From: Candidatus Thorarchaeota archaeon
GTDB lineage: Archaea; Asgardarchaeota; Thorarchaeia; Thorarchaeales; Thorarchaeaceae
DNA: 64,000 nt
Assembly (NCBI GenBank): GCA_046482545.1
Contig: JAWOEX010000013.1
Location: 32,001-96,000 of the forward strand
Direction of reading: 5' to 3'
Both the position numbers and the translations under genes were made by a program. Numbering within the stretch: the first letter of the stretch is position 1; each line of letters opens with the position of its first letter. The notes beneath the pieces were generated by a model. It was given only the letters and a program-made list of their open reading frames with translations, did not search any database and was not told where the DNA came from. Below are positions 1-9,313 of this stretch, one piece after another.

Positions 1-16
1 CTGCTTCTGTGGACAA
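1..16 (-). CDS. probable start of ribosomal protein uL6 (runs off window)
   Basis: GGAGG RBS then TTG-TCC-ACA-GAA-GCA right after the uS8 stop; assignment by spc operon gene order only. Confidence 0.45.
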
Positions 17-29
17 TTTCGAACCTCCT

Positions 30-422
30 TCAATATACATAGGCCAGCAATCTTCCGCCAATTCCACGTTTTTTGGCTTCTCGGTGTGTCATCACCCCTT
101 GAGGGGTAGTGATTATGAGAACTCCATAGTCATAGGCAGGCAAGTATTCTTTCTCAAAATCTTCGTAGCCATCATGCTTGACAGGGAATCTGGGTTTGAT
201 TACGCCGCACTTGTTTGTACGCCCCATCAATTGTACTCTGAATCTCCCCGCTTTTCCATCGTCAATGCGTTCGAATTCTCCGATGTACCCTGTCATTTGC
301 AAGACTCGCAATACTCGCTCAATCAAACTTGACGCTGGAGCGATGGATATTTCTGGTTTTCCGACTAATTCCGAGTTGTAAATGGTTGACATCGCATTGG
401 CCAATGGATCTAGTAATGTCAT
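30..422 (-). CDS. rps8: 30S ribosomal protein uS8
   Basis: [12 protein letters not shown]...NKCGVIKPR...GGRLLAYVY, archaeal S8 signature. Confidence 0.97.
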   Translation of the reverse strand: MTLLDPLANAMSTIYNSELVGKPEISIAPASSLIERVLRVLQMTGYIGEFERIDDGKAGRFRVQLMGRTNKCGVIKPRFPVKHDGYEDFEKEYLPAYDYGVLIITTPQGVMTHREAKKRGIGGRLLAYVY

Positions 423-438
423 CTTTCGTCTTACCTCC

Positions 439-606
439 TTAGCTGTATTTGCGGAAACCGAGTTTCTCTGCTACCTCTCTAAAGCAACGTCGGCAAAGAT
501 TCAGATTATATCGACGAATGATGCCCTGATGTGTACCACAGCGCATACATGTCCTGTTTCCTTTGCCCATCGGCTTATTCTCCTTCTCATCATTGTTCGT
601 CATCAT
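439..606 (-). CDS. rps14: 30S ribosomal protein uS14 (zinc-binding, 55 aa; absent from ORF track)
   Basis: Manual translation [55 protein letters not shown]; CxxC...CRRCFRE motif; lies between uL5 and uS8. Confidence 0.95.
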   Translation of the reverse strand: MMTNNDEKENKPMGKGNRTCMRCGTHQGIIRRYNLNLCRRCFREVAEKLGFRKYS

Positions 607-614
607 CTGTCACC

Positions 615-1190
615 TCAGAAGAGGTATGTTCGCTCCCTTTCCTTTTCAAGAATCTCAACACCAAACTTTTGCTTGATGAAAACCATGCTTTCCTCCGGTG
701 TCAGTCTATGGCGATAGGGTATCTTCTTCTTCCGTTTTCTCCTTCGCTTTATCCTGAAACCTGGTCTCTCTACACATACAGTGATATTCATACCTTGAAT
801 ACCGAGATTTGGGTCGTATTCGATACCTGGGATATCGATATGCTCCTCTATGCCAAACGCGAAGTTACCGCTTTGGTCCCAATTCTTGATTAGAAGTACA
901 TTCTCCTTGGCTTCAAGGGCTCTTTTCAAAAAGCGGATGGCCTTATCATGTCGAAGTGTAACTCTAACCGCTATTGGTTCTCTACGGCGTATACCGAATT
1001 CTCGAACGGTTTGTTTTGCCCGTGAGTATGCGGGTTTTTGATCTGTAAGTTTCTCAAGGACAGTCTCCGCCTTCTCTAGCTCGTCTCCGCCACTGGTGCA
1101 CATGTCCACAACTACTTTGGCTATCTTTGGCTGTCTCATTGGATAAGCTTGCCAATCTTCGATGTACAGTTCTTCATGTGGTATACTCAT
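615..1190 (-). CDS. rpl5: 50S ribosomal protein uL5
   Basis: PMRQPKIAKVVV, FGIRRREPI, GNFAFGIEEHID motifs. Confidence 0.97.
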   Translation of the reverse strand: MSIPHEELYIEDWQAYPMRQPKIAKVVVDMCTSGGDELEKAETVLEKLTDQKPAYSRAKQTVREFGIRRREPIAVRVTLRHDKAIRFLKRALEAKENVLLIKNWDQSGNFAFGIEEHIDIPGIEYDPNLGIQGMNITVCVERPGFRIKRRRKRKKKIPYRHRLTPEESMVFIKQKFGVEILEKERERTYLF

Positions 1191-1933
1191 CTAGAATCGT
1201 CCCCCAAGCTAATCTCGGGCTTGTCTTCCCCTAATGCAAATATGTAATCTAGGGCCGTTTCAAACCTGTCACCTTGCCTGTCCTGGATTGTGACAGTACT
1301 CGCATGAGTACCGAGCTGTTTCTGAATCTTAACGAGGGTTCCTTCCATGCCAACGTTTTTTCCACGAGTAACGAGTGCAACCACTCCCTCCTTAAGCGGA
1401 ATGACCTTGAGTATGTCTTGGTCCGGTACTGAAATTTTGAGTGTATCATAGCGCGAATACTCAGAGGGATCTTCCCCTTCGGGAAGTAAGATGTTCTTTC
1501 CATCGTGGAGTGTAATCTGAACCCTGCCCCCAGGAGCCATCATCTTTTTCTCAATTCTGCAGATTTTCATCTTTCCTTCTTCATCATCAATCGGATGCAG
1601 TCGAAATCCCCCCCTCGAACGGGGCAAGAGGCGGAATATCTCATCTGAACTTTCAATCTGTACAACATCCATAAGGCCAACGGGAAATCGTGGATCTTTG
1701 CGTATAATTCCATCCACTTTTAATTGCTCACTGGACAGTATTGCCTTTACTTCCCGCATGTTCTGAGCATATTCAAGAACCTCTCTTAGTAACAGGGTTA
1801 ACGTAAGACAGTGTTCCTTTGGATGTGGTCCTGGAATCACCCTTGCAACGAATTTGGTTTCCTTCCTAGGAATAGGCCAGTTCTTCGGCGCTGGCAAACG
1901 TTTCTGGTGCTTTTTTTGTCCTCGGCGTACCAT
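1187..1933 (-). CDS. rps4e: 30S ribosomal protein eS4
   Basis: KHQKRLPAPKNW, PGPH, FPVGLMDV, LHDGKN motifs. Confidence 0.97.
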   Translation of the reverse strand: MVRRGQKKHQKRLPAPKNWPIPRKETKFVARVIPGPHPKEHCLTLTLLLREVLEYAQNMREVKAILSSEQLKVDGIIRKDPRFPVGLMDVVQIESSDEIFRLLPRSRGGFRLHPIDDEEGKMKICRIEKKMMAPGGRVQITLHDGKNILLPEGEDPSEYSRYDTLKISVPDQDILKVIPLKEGVVALVTRGKNVGMEGTLVKIQKQLGTHASTVTIQDRQGDRFETALDYIFALGEDKPEISLGDDSR

Positions 1934-1935
1934 AT

Positions 1936-2319
1936 CTATTCACTCTCCATGCTTCGCATCATTCTCTTCTCTATTCGTTCTTCTCTCTCATCGTCCATTT
2001 CGGGTTGTAGAAGCATGAGATTTGACGGATGAATCGGCACGTTTATCTCGGTACCATCCGCCTTCTCAATTGTTGCACTGTCGAGGTATACTCTCACTTC
2101 TTTGTAATCGAGTCGCTCCACAGTACCCTCTGTTTCTCTGAATCGCCCCCGCATGATTTTAACCAAGTCGCCTTTCTTGAGCTTCATGGATCTAAAACCG
2201 TATTCTTCTCTTAGGAATTCATCCAATCTCACATTGAACATATTCTTGTGTGAATGTATACTGCCCTGATGAATGCGTTTCCGCTGCTTGCTCGGAGATT
2301 TTGGACTGTCTTTTGTCAC
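1936..2319 (-). CDS. rpl24: 50S ribosomal protein uL24 (likely GTG start at 2319)
   Basis: PSKQRK, KKGDLVKIMRG (KOW), PIHPSNL; operon position. Confidence 0.93.
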   Translation of the reverse strand: MTKDSPKSPSKQRKRIHQGSIHSHKNMFNVRLDEFLREEYGFRSMKLKKGDLVKIMRGRFRETEGTVERLDYKEVRVYLDSATIEKADGTEINVPIHPSNLMLLQPEMDDEREERIEKRMMRSMESE

Positions 2320-2330
2320 CTGTATCAACC

Positions 2331-2753
2331 TCACACTATCTTGGATGCAATGGCCGCTACTCGGGGCCACTTGAGAGTCACTTCCTTTGCCATAGGTCCT
2401 CGCAACTCTGAACCCTGTGGTTCTCCACCTGGTTTTACGAGAACGGCTGCATTATCTTCAAACTGAATCCACGACCCATCTGGTCTTCGGTAGGGCTTTC
2501 GCTGCCTGATGATTATTGCTTGAAGCACCTGTTTCCTGAGTTCCTGTTTTCCCTTGATAACACCGACATTCACCAAGTCGCCAATGCCTGCCTTGCCAAT
2601 TTTTCTGACGTTGCCTTTGTAACCGAAAACAGTTATGATTTCCAGCTGCCTAGCTCCTGAATTATCGGCACATAGAAGTCGTGCACCGATAGGGAGTCCC
2701 CTAGCTATTCTCGGCATGAATCTCCTGATTCCTCTCCCAACTTTTCTCGACAT
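2331..2753 (-). CDS. rpl14: 50S ribosomal protein uL14
   Basis: CADNSGA, FEDNAAVLV, GPMAKE motifs. Confidence 0.97.
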   Translation of the reverse strand: MSRKVGRGIRRFMPRIARGLPIGARLLCADNSGARQLEIITVFGYKGNVRKIGKAGIGDLVNVGVIKGKQELRKQVLQAIIIRQRKPYRRPDGSWIQFEDNAAVLVKPGGEPQGSELRGPMAKEVTLKWPRVAAIASKIV

Positions 2754-2756
2754 TGT

Positions 2757-3131
2757 CTACTCCTCCTTGGCTGAAATTGACGGTCGTGCTGACACAACAA
2801 CACATGAAACATTCTTACTCAATGGTCTACACTCGACTACTTTCACCATGTCACCTTTCTTGAGCTTGATACAAGGTGGTAGGTGTGCATGTTTCTTTGT
2901 TCGGCGACGCTCATACCGAGAGTACTTTCTGGCAAGAGATAGGTAATCCATCTGGAAGGTAATCGTGTTGTGCATTTCCGTACTTGTTACAACCCCCTCC
3001 ATGATCCTTCCTCTTACGGGCAAGTGCCCATGAAACGGACAGTTTGGATCGTCACAAACGTCCTCTGGAGGTTCTACCCCGGGAATACCAATATTTCTAA
3101 CTACGTTTTCACCCTTTGCCATGTTTACCAT
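2757..3131 (-). CDS. rps17: 30S ribosomal protein uS17
   Basis: CDDPNCPFHG, KYSRYERR, ECRPLSK motifs. Confidence 0.97.
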   Translation of the reverse strand: MVNMAKGENVVRNIGIPGVEPPEDVCDDPNCPFHGHLPVRGRIMEGVVTSTEMHNTITFQMDYLSLARKYSRYERRRTKKHAHLPPCIKLKKGDMVKVVECRPLSKNVSCVVVSARPSISAKEE

Positions 3132-3406
3132 CTCCTGAGCCTCTGCTTCATTCGTTCCTCAGGTCGTCCTTGCAGAATCTTTCCGTTGACCCTGACCACT
3201 CCACCATCTGGAAGTGTAAAATCGAATACTGCGGTCTGCTTTGGAATCTTAACCGTGCCAGCAGTAGTTTTCAGTTCCAGTATATTCTTGCTTTCTGTAA
3301 TGACCTGTCCTTTTCTTGAAACCAGGGTCGAATCCGTTGATTCTGTCACATGAGCATCCAATCCCACCAGCTCGTGTCTCACAATGTTTTCGGGTTGAAT
3401 TCTCAT
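3125..3406 (-). CDS. rnp1: ribonuclease P protein subunit Rpp29 (component 1)
   Basis: NIVRHELVGL...GRPEER; canonical position between uL29 and uS17. Confidence 0.92.
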   Translation of the reverse strand: MRIQPENIVRHELVGLDAHVTESTDSTLVSRKGQVITESKNILELKTTAGTVKIPKQTAVFDFTLPDGGVVRVNGKILQGRPEERMKQRLRRW

Positions 3407-3615
3407 CGGGATACCCCCAGTTCTTCTTCTCTTTGAACAGTGAGAATGCGCGCAATAGTTTTCTTCACTTGTCGGATTTGATAGGGATTCTCAGTTCCGC
3501 CACCTGTTGCGACTTCTATACGAAGACTGGAAAGCTGGTCATACAGGTCTTCTAGTCTTCGTTTGCGTTCCTCAGGTGTGAGGTTTCTGATATCTTGAGT
3601 GGTAAGTCTTGCCAT
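3403..3615 (-). CDS. rpl29: 50S ribosomal protein uL29
   Basis: ENPYQIRQVKKTIARILT motif. Confidence 0.95.
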   Translation of the reverse strand: MARLTTQDIRNLTPEERKRRLEDLYDQLSSLRIEVATGGGTENPYQIRQVKKTIARILTVQREEELGVSR

Positions 3616-3618
3616 ACG

Positions 3619-4530
3619 CTACTCCTCTTCCTCTGTTTCTTCAGTAGATGGATCGAGATCATCCAGTTCCTCGAGCTCCTCTAGAGTGCTCTCGGTATCT
3701 GCTGCTGATTCTTCTTCCGGTTCTTCTTTAGTGACTTCGGTTTCCTTTTCCTCAGGCACTTCTTGGGCTGGTTCTTCTTCTACGAGTTCCAACTCGTCAA
3801 GCTCTTCAAGTTCACGCAATTCCTCAAGATCAGTAATACCCTCGGGCACCTCTTCGCCCTCTTCAGCCTCTTCCTCTTCCTCCTCCTCTTCTTCAGGTTG
3901 AGCAAGAAGACGAGGCTCTTCTCTCTCCCTATCTTTCGGTTCTTTAACGTGAACCGTACCAGGGAGTTTGGCGTCTGCTTTCATGATTCTGACTTTGATT
4001 CCAATCGAACCAGGCTTCAAAATCGCAGTATCATCCGCTTCATCGACGAATGCTCTAGCTGGTTCACCAGTTTTGGTAATCGTACCTTTCCGAAACTTCT
4101 GATAACGACCGCGCCTGCTTGAGAGCTTGCCTTTTACGATGATTTCACAGCCTTCTGCACCAGCCCGCATTATCCTGTTGATGATCCAGTACACCATTCT
4201 TCTGAATCTGACACCGCGCTCCATTTGTCTAGCAATTCTGGAAGCCATCACCTGTGCGTTGAGCCATGGGTTCTCTATTTCACTAACCTCGACTTGCGGG
4301 TTGTCTATCATAAACTGGGTTTCAAGTGTATACGTCAATTCTCTCACATTTGAACCCCGTCGACCGATTACAACACCTGGCCTCGAGGCGTAAATGATGA
4401 TATCTGTTCTCATGGGTCCTTCCTTGATTTCAAGGCCACCATATCCAGCTGTATTCAGCTCACGGCTTAGAAACTCGTCAATGGTGAGTTTCTTCGCATT
4501 CTGCTCGATGAAATGTTTGATAGCCGACAT
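3619..4530 (-). CDS. rps3: 30S ribosomal protein uS3 with long acidic C-terminal tail (start ATG 4530)
   Basis: AGYGG, RPGVVIGRRG (KH domain), GAEGCEIIVKGKL; ~100-aa Glu-rich tail. Confidence 0.96.
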   Translation of the reverse strand: MSAIKHFIEQNAKKLTIDEFLSRELNTAGYGGLEIKEGPMRTDIIIYASRPGVVIGRRGSNVRELTYTLETQFMIDNPQVEVSEIENPWLNAQVMASRIARQMERGVRFRRMVYWIINRIMRAGAEGCEIIVKGKLSSRRGRYQKFRKGTITKTGEPARAFVDEADDTAILKPGSIGIKVRIMKADAKLPGTVHVKEPKDREREEPRLLAQPEEEEEEEEEAEEGEEVPEGITDLEELRELEELDELELVEEEPAQEVPEEKETEVTKEEPEEESAADTESTLEELEELDDLDPSTEETEEEE

Positions 4531-4531
4531 T

Positions 4532-4996
4532 TTAGCCAACCTCTTCAAGCACGATTTCGACATGTGACGTGTGTTCAAAGTACTCAGTACTTCTTCCAAA
4601 TGCCCGTTCGATATAGTTCTTGTAGGTTCGGCCCTTTTGTGTGGCTGCATGCTTGATTCTAAGGCGGTCTATGTCGAGACCCTTATGATCTGCATTTGCC
4701 TCTGCGTTGACTAGGACTTCCCTAATCTTCTTCGACGCCTTTACCGGATGTCCGCCTGTGTGCCATTTTTTCATTCCTGAGTGGTGGGCCCCTTTCTTCT
4801 TGTACTTCTTGTATGGAATCCAGGCCTCTTCGTCTATGACCTTGTCAAGAAGGTCGAGAGCATCATGTAACATCTTCCCCCTGATTTCGTTACATATCTC
4901 CACACAATGTTTGGGGGAGCATCTCATGTTTCGACCACTAGCCACGGCTGTCTTATCCGGGTCTAGGCCTATTATGCTATATCCGTAATTGGGCAT
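4532..4996 (-). CDS. rpl22: 50S ribosomal protein uL22
   Basis: SPKHCVEIC, NAEANA, RAFGR, SHVEIVLEE motifs. Confidence 0.96.
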   Translation of the reverse strand: MPNYGYSIIGLDPDKTAVASGRNMRCSPKHCVEICNEIRGKMLHDALDLLDKVIDEEAWIPYKKYKKKGAHHSGMKKWHTGGHPVKASKKIREVLVNAEANADHKGLDIDRLRIKHAATQKGRTYKNYIERAFGRSTEYFEHTSHVEIVLEEVG

Positions 4997-5279
4997 AACG
5001 GTTCACTTCCCGTGTTTTTGACTCCAAAAGGCACACGTCATGTCAACTCGGTGAGCCGACGAGTCATATGGCGCCCTCAACAAGGCATCCATAACCTATC
5101 CGGCAAACGTATACAGGCGGTTCGCGCACGCAGAACAAGCTGCCTGCACTGCTCCTTCGGTTAGTGAATTCTTGTGTTCTAAGAGCGACATGCAGGTGCG
5201 GCAAGAATCTACTTTTAAAGCTTATCAATTAGCGAAACTGACTAATCATGAAACTCACTATGATTGGAATAGAATGCGT

Positions 5280-5669
5280 CTAGGGATTATCTCCGAATTC
5301 CTCCGTTACTCGTCTTAAACGACCACTGGGAATCGAGCTCTCAACTAAATCAATTCCCTTCTGCGTTAGCGTAGCCCTGATGTAATGTACCCCTGCAGAT
5401 CGGATGTAGATGAGATTCTTTTCTTTCAACCGTTTTAGACTACCCAGAACTATCTGTGTTAGTTCATCATCTGTCAGATTAACCCTGCCTGTAGGACTCT
5501 GAATTGTCTCGGTCATTTTCAATATATTCTTCATACTGCTCAATTGCCTTCTGTTGTTATCGTATGGATTTGTGAATAGCCACAACAACACTATAAGGTC
5601 AACTACACTCAAGCCTATGTTTGGGTTTCGCGTAAGCAATCGTTTTGCTACGAGCTCTACCATCGGCAT
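5280..5669 (-). CDS. hypothetical protein, possible winged-helix (MarR-like C-terminal LTQKG)
   Basis: Clean ORF; SLKRLKEKNLI...ATLTQKG resembles a wHTH wing. Confidence 0.6.
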   Translation of the reverse strand: MPMVELVAKRLLTRNPNIGLSVVDLIVLLWLFTNPYDNNRRQLSSMKNILKMTETIQSPTGRVNLTDDELTQIVLGSLKRLKEKNLIYIRSAGVHYIRATLTQKGIDLVESSIPSGRLRRVTEEFGDNP

Positions 5670-5720
5670 CGGTCTTCGCTCTCCAATCTCGTAAGTTACC
5701 TATTGAATGAATCGTGTTCA

Positions 5721-6431
5721 CTAGACTAAACTGATTTTGCTTCTACTTGGAGCGAAGATGTGTCCATTCCGCATCAGCTTTTCAAGTGACGATTCGACTG
5801 ATGATTCGGATACTCCTTTCTGATGAAAGTATTTGATGATATCATCTAAATTCGCGGACCCATCTCGTTCTCTCAACATCTCTACTATCTCATCTGAAAC
5901 ATCGACGTCTCTCTTTGTTGATTCCTCATCATCTTCAATTCTTCCTACCATCTGAACAGACCACGGTCTGGGAAAGATAAGATTCCCCTCATTAGACATT
6001 TTGCTAATCTGTTCCTCAACCCACGACCATTCCAACTTGTACTCCTCACAGAGTTTCTCAATACGTTCCAACGAACAGGCCTGTCCCTTGGCTTCTTTCG
6101 CCAGCATTTTGAGGAGCCGGCGTCGTTTTCCAGTGCTTGGTGGTGGTTCTTCATCTGTTTCCAGATCCTCTACCGTTAGTCTTTCTGCAGGCATCAGGGC
6201 CTTGACCCGTTTCTTCGACTTCTCAACCGCTGCATGGAATTCCTCATCTCCCCCAGCATTATATTCTCTAACAGCTGCGGATGCCCTATCATGACCGTCA
6301 AACACAGTTTTCAATGCCTTCCTGATGTCAATTATTTTTCCGCAGTAGCTACACCTTCTCTTCTTCTGCCCCACCGGTGCCAGAGTGAAATGATGGCACT
6401 TGGGACATGCGAAAACGAAGTAGGATTTCAC
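5721..6431 (-). CDS. zinc-ribbon (DUF1922-like) protein with C-terminal winged-helix domains
   Basis: CPKC...CSYC at N-terminus; C-terminal VESSLEKLMRNGHIFAP wHTH. Confidence 0.65.
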   Translation of the reverse strand: MKSYFVFACPKCHHFTLAPVGQKKRRCSYCGKIIDIRKALKTVFDGHDRASAAVREYNAGGDEEFHAAVEKSKKRVKALMPAERLTVEDLETDEEPPPSTGKRRRLLKMLAKEAKGQACSLERIEKLCEEYKLEWSWVEEQISKMSNEGNLIFPRPWSVQMVGRIEDDEESTKRDVDVSDEIVEMLRERDGSANLDDIIKYFHQKGVSESSVESSLEKLMRNGHIFAPSRSKISLV

Positions 6432-6476
6432 TGAACCATCTCCTTACTAGTAAGCTCTTGTAATGCTTTCGATTTA

Positions 6477-6526
6477 TAACCTGTTTCTTATAGTTGAGTG
6501 AAACCAACTGAGCCAATCTGTTTTCA
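6477..6526 (-). mobile_element. remnant of dispersed element (copy A, conserved end plus hairpin)
   Basis: TAACCTGTTTCTTATAGTTGAGTGAAACCAACTG matches the end of the 29300-29860 element; 6545-6565 weakly resembles the opposite end. Confidence 0.75.
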
Positions 6527-6683
6527 TATGAAGGTTATCTTAGTCTTACAGCAATTTTGCACTCTGGTACGTCAATCCACTTCTCTCGAGGGAGCTATTA
6601 ATCCTCTTCAATTGTCATCAAATTATCTTACATGAATATCGTTATATCGTAAACGCTCTCCAAGCTACTTGGAGAATTCTTCG

Positions 6684-6905
6684 ATGCCAAAACGCGCAAA
6701 AAGGATAGTCATTGATGAAGAACTGTGCAAAGGCTGTCACATATGCATCTCTGTTTGTCCGCAGAATGTCCTAGAGAAGTCAGATGAGGTGGACAACAGA
6801 GGATTTTTTCTTCCTGAAGTGAAGGATTTCCAATCCTGCATCGTATGCAGGTTATGCGAGATGGAATGTCCCGATTTTGCAATTTCGGTTATAGAAGAGA
6901 AATAG
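6684..6905 (+). CDS. 2x[4Fe-4S] ferredoxin (2-oxoacid oxidoreductase delta-subunit-like)
   Basis: CKGCHICISVCP and CIVCRLCEMECP motifs. Confidence 0.9.
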   Translation: MPKRAKRIVIDEELCKGCHICISVCPQNVLEKSDEVDNRGFFLPEVKDFQSCIVCRLCEMECPDFAISVIEEK

Positions 6906-7020
6906 ACCAATTTTCGTGACTCATAACTTGTTAAGTTCCTTTTAAGGATAGAACTTAACTATAATATTACACCATCTGATATATTCATAACGAGATTGTC
7001 TCTTTTCGTACAATCGGCAG

Positions 7021-7614
7021 GTGCTCAAATTGGCAGAACGCAATGTTCAAGCACTCTTGGATCTCAAAAGTGACCTCAAAGAACAGCTTGAGGAGGCGAG
7101 GGCGACTGTAGAACGGCTTGAGTCATACCTTGACGCTATTGACTCCATTATAGGAAAAGGCAGCTTTACGACTGCAGCCTCCGCATTTGCAGCCAAAGAG
7201 CCACCTTCTGGAACCCTCGAACAGATGGAGTCCACAGCGAAGACTGAAGCCGAAGATGAGGAATTCAGGACTATTGAAGTGATGGATAAGGCGGGAGAGA
7301 AAGATCTTGCAACGATTGAACTGCAAGGTAATACATTGGATATTCTTCCAGCTGAACATGCGCTTTATGATATTAAGAAGGGAGCATTTGCCCGTTTCTT
7401 TGTTGAACGGATTCTGGGCCAGTTTCAGCAGAGCGACAGAAAGAGAGTTGAAGAAGGCGAGATTGATTGGGAACAAGCATTCGATTTCGAAGTGCATGCT
7501 GATGATGGCATCCTTGAAGAGATAATCATTCGTAACTATGGCGATAAGAGTCGCTTGGCGGAAATACAGAATACACTGCGATGGGCGCTTGAGAAAATCT
7601 ATAGACCCCGCTAA
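7021..7614 (+). CDS. hypothetical protein with N-terminal coiled coil
   Basis: 197-aa ORF with typical composition; no recognised family. Confidence 0.65.
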   Translation: MLKLAERNVQALLDLKSDLKEQLEEARATVERLESYLDAIDSIIGKGSFTTAASAFAAKEPPSGTLEQMESTAKTEAEDEEFRTIEVMDKAGEKDLATIELQGNTLDILPAEHALYDIKKGAFARFFVERILGQFQQSDRKRVEEGEIDWEQAFDFEVHADDGILEEIIIRNYGDKSRLAEIQNTLRWALEKIYRPR

Positions 7615-7737
7615 GCGGGAATTCATAGTTTAAAACGCGCCTTCCAACTCACCCTCTGTTTCCTATGCAAAAATGATATAACTCCCAACACTGTCTTTTG
7701 TGGTGAGCAGCTTTGAGAGACGCGGAGTGCCAGAAAT

Positions 7738-8361
7738 ATGTATCATGATGAAGACAGCCAGCTCGTGGTAAAGCCTCAAGAAGTTGTTCAAACCATCCGG
7801 GATGCTCACGAATTTTTCACTGAGGCACGAATTGATGAGCGATATGGAAGCATGGCACTGGATTTGATTCGCCGATACATATCTGAAGAGGGTATGCCGC
7901 GAGAGCTTGACCCTTTCTTCGCTGCAGCACTTTATTTGGTTAGCAGACATCCATGGAGCCATCCAAATCCCTTAACCAAGACTGAATTTGCCAGCAAGTT
8001 TCGCATGAAAGAATCCAGCTTGGAGTGGTATACTGAAAGTATCGTTGAGAAGTTGGATTTCATCATTCTGCATGACAAGAATCACCTCCCTTTTTTCATT
8101 GATTCACAAGGTACCATATCTAGTGTCATGTATTCAGTTGTTAGAATGAGTGTGGGGGAAGCAGTTGTCAACAGTATTGTACGTGGGAGTCCTGTTTCAT
8201 CACATGAGTTGACCGAAAGAATTGTCGATCAGCTCTGTGATGTAGTGAAGATTATTCCTCCAGCATTTCAGCATGAACTTCGAGGCGTAATTAGAAATAG
8301 AATTGAAGCTGAAAGTGAGCGTTTGACTGAGAAGCTGGGTGGGCGGGAAGCAGTCCTCTAA
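7738..8361 (+). CDS. hypothetical protein with a TFIIB/cyclin-box-like repeat
   Basis: FAAALYLVSR...PLTKTEFASKF resembles the TFB AAxLYxxxR...TxxExA helix pattern. Confidence 0.55.
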   Translation: MYHDEDSQLVVKPQEVVQTIRDAHEFFTEARIDERYGSMALDLIRRYISEEGMPRELDPFFAAALYLVSRHPWSHPNPLTKTEFASKFRMKESSLEWYTESIVEKLDFIILHDKNHLPFFIDSQGTISSVMYSVVRMSVGEAVVNSIVRGSPVSSHELTERIVDQLCDVVKIIPPAFQHELRGVIRNRIEAESERLTEKLGGREAVL

Positions 8362-8654
8362 CTGTCTTCCGGTTCAACGGTGACATCCTCGACGACCTGT
8401 TTTCCAGCAACAACTTGATCGATTGAGTGTATCACCGCACCAGCTTGTTCAAGGATTTCCTTGATTGTATCGTAGTCGAGGTCATTTCCTTCAAGCGTTA
8501 TTGATATGCTCTCTGTGTTTTGATCAACTTCCTTAACTGTAATATTAGTCCCATTCACACGCTCTTCGCGAGAAAGCATCATGGCCAAATCAGTAACTCT
8601 GGGCGTGTGAGGTTTCAATACATCTAAGACGATTCTTCGTACACCTTGTGGCAA
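8358..8654 (-). CDS. DUF211 family protein
   Basis: RRIVLDVLKPH...GAVIHSIDQV signature. Confidence 0.88.
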   Translation of the reverse strand: MPQGVRRIVLDVLKPHTPRVTDLAMMLSREERVNGTNITVKEVDQNTESISITLEGNDLDYDTIKEILEQAGAVIHSIDQVVAGKQVVEDVTVEPEDS

Positions 8655-8910
8655 CTAGTCTCAAACCCCGATGATGACCGTTTAAGGTCAATTGTACCGT
8701 TGCGACTAGCACTTGACCATTACTGTTTAAAGCTTACTACAGTTGCATCATTATCAAAATATTATTTCTAGGATGCTTCGGCAACTGAATGCCAGCTGGT
8801 TTTTGGCGCGGAAGTGTTCAGCATGTGCCAATTCTTATAATCGTCTATTCCCCGGCCCCTATTGCAACTTGTACTGAGTTGTACAGGGAAGAATCGAAGA
8901 AGGAACCACG

Positions 8911-9231
8911 ATGAGTCAACAGCACAAATTAACTGACAAATCTATTGATACCCAGAATAAAGGAGAATATTCCAAGTTAAAAGCCGATCTAGAAAGAGAG
9001 GTTGAATCATCTAGGCTCGTCGATATTGACCTCAGCGATTTCAAGAGTCACCCCCTTTGGAAAATTTTGGTAGAGACGGCGCGCAGAAATCCGATGTACG
9101 GTGGACTGTGTGGCTATATCCGCAACAGCATTCTAGAGAATGAACCGAATATTGGCGTTAGGGAGCTGGCAAGTCGCCTGTCAATATCCATCGGTGAAGC
9201 CCTTGTCATACTCGACGAGATTCGCAAGTAG
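8911..9231 (+). CDS. hypothetical protein, C-terminal HTH-like
   Basis: VRELASRLSISIGEALVIL. Confidence 0.6.
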   Translation: MSQQHKLTDKSIDTQNKGEYSKLKADLEREVESSRLVDIDLSDFKSHPLWKILVETARRNPMYGGLCGYIRNSILENEPNIGVRELASRLSISIGEALVILDEIRK

Positions 9232-9313
9232 TCGTTGACTGCTCTTTCTGCATGTAGCCAACAAACGAACTATAAGTATCTGCAAAACAGTCCTTCTATA
9301 GAAGGAAGCTGCC

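Noticed and set aside
3599-3901. Ser-rich plus-strand ORF and other antisense ORFs over well-supported genes
   Set aside because: Shadow frames of the real genes, here the reverse complement of the Glu-rich uS3 tail.
6930-6959. GTTAAGTTC...GAACTTAAC hairpin as a SECIS
   Set aside because: It has no AUGA/GA core, and the upstream ferredoxin has no in-frame UGA. More likely a terminator or protein-binding site.
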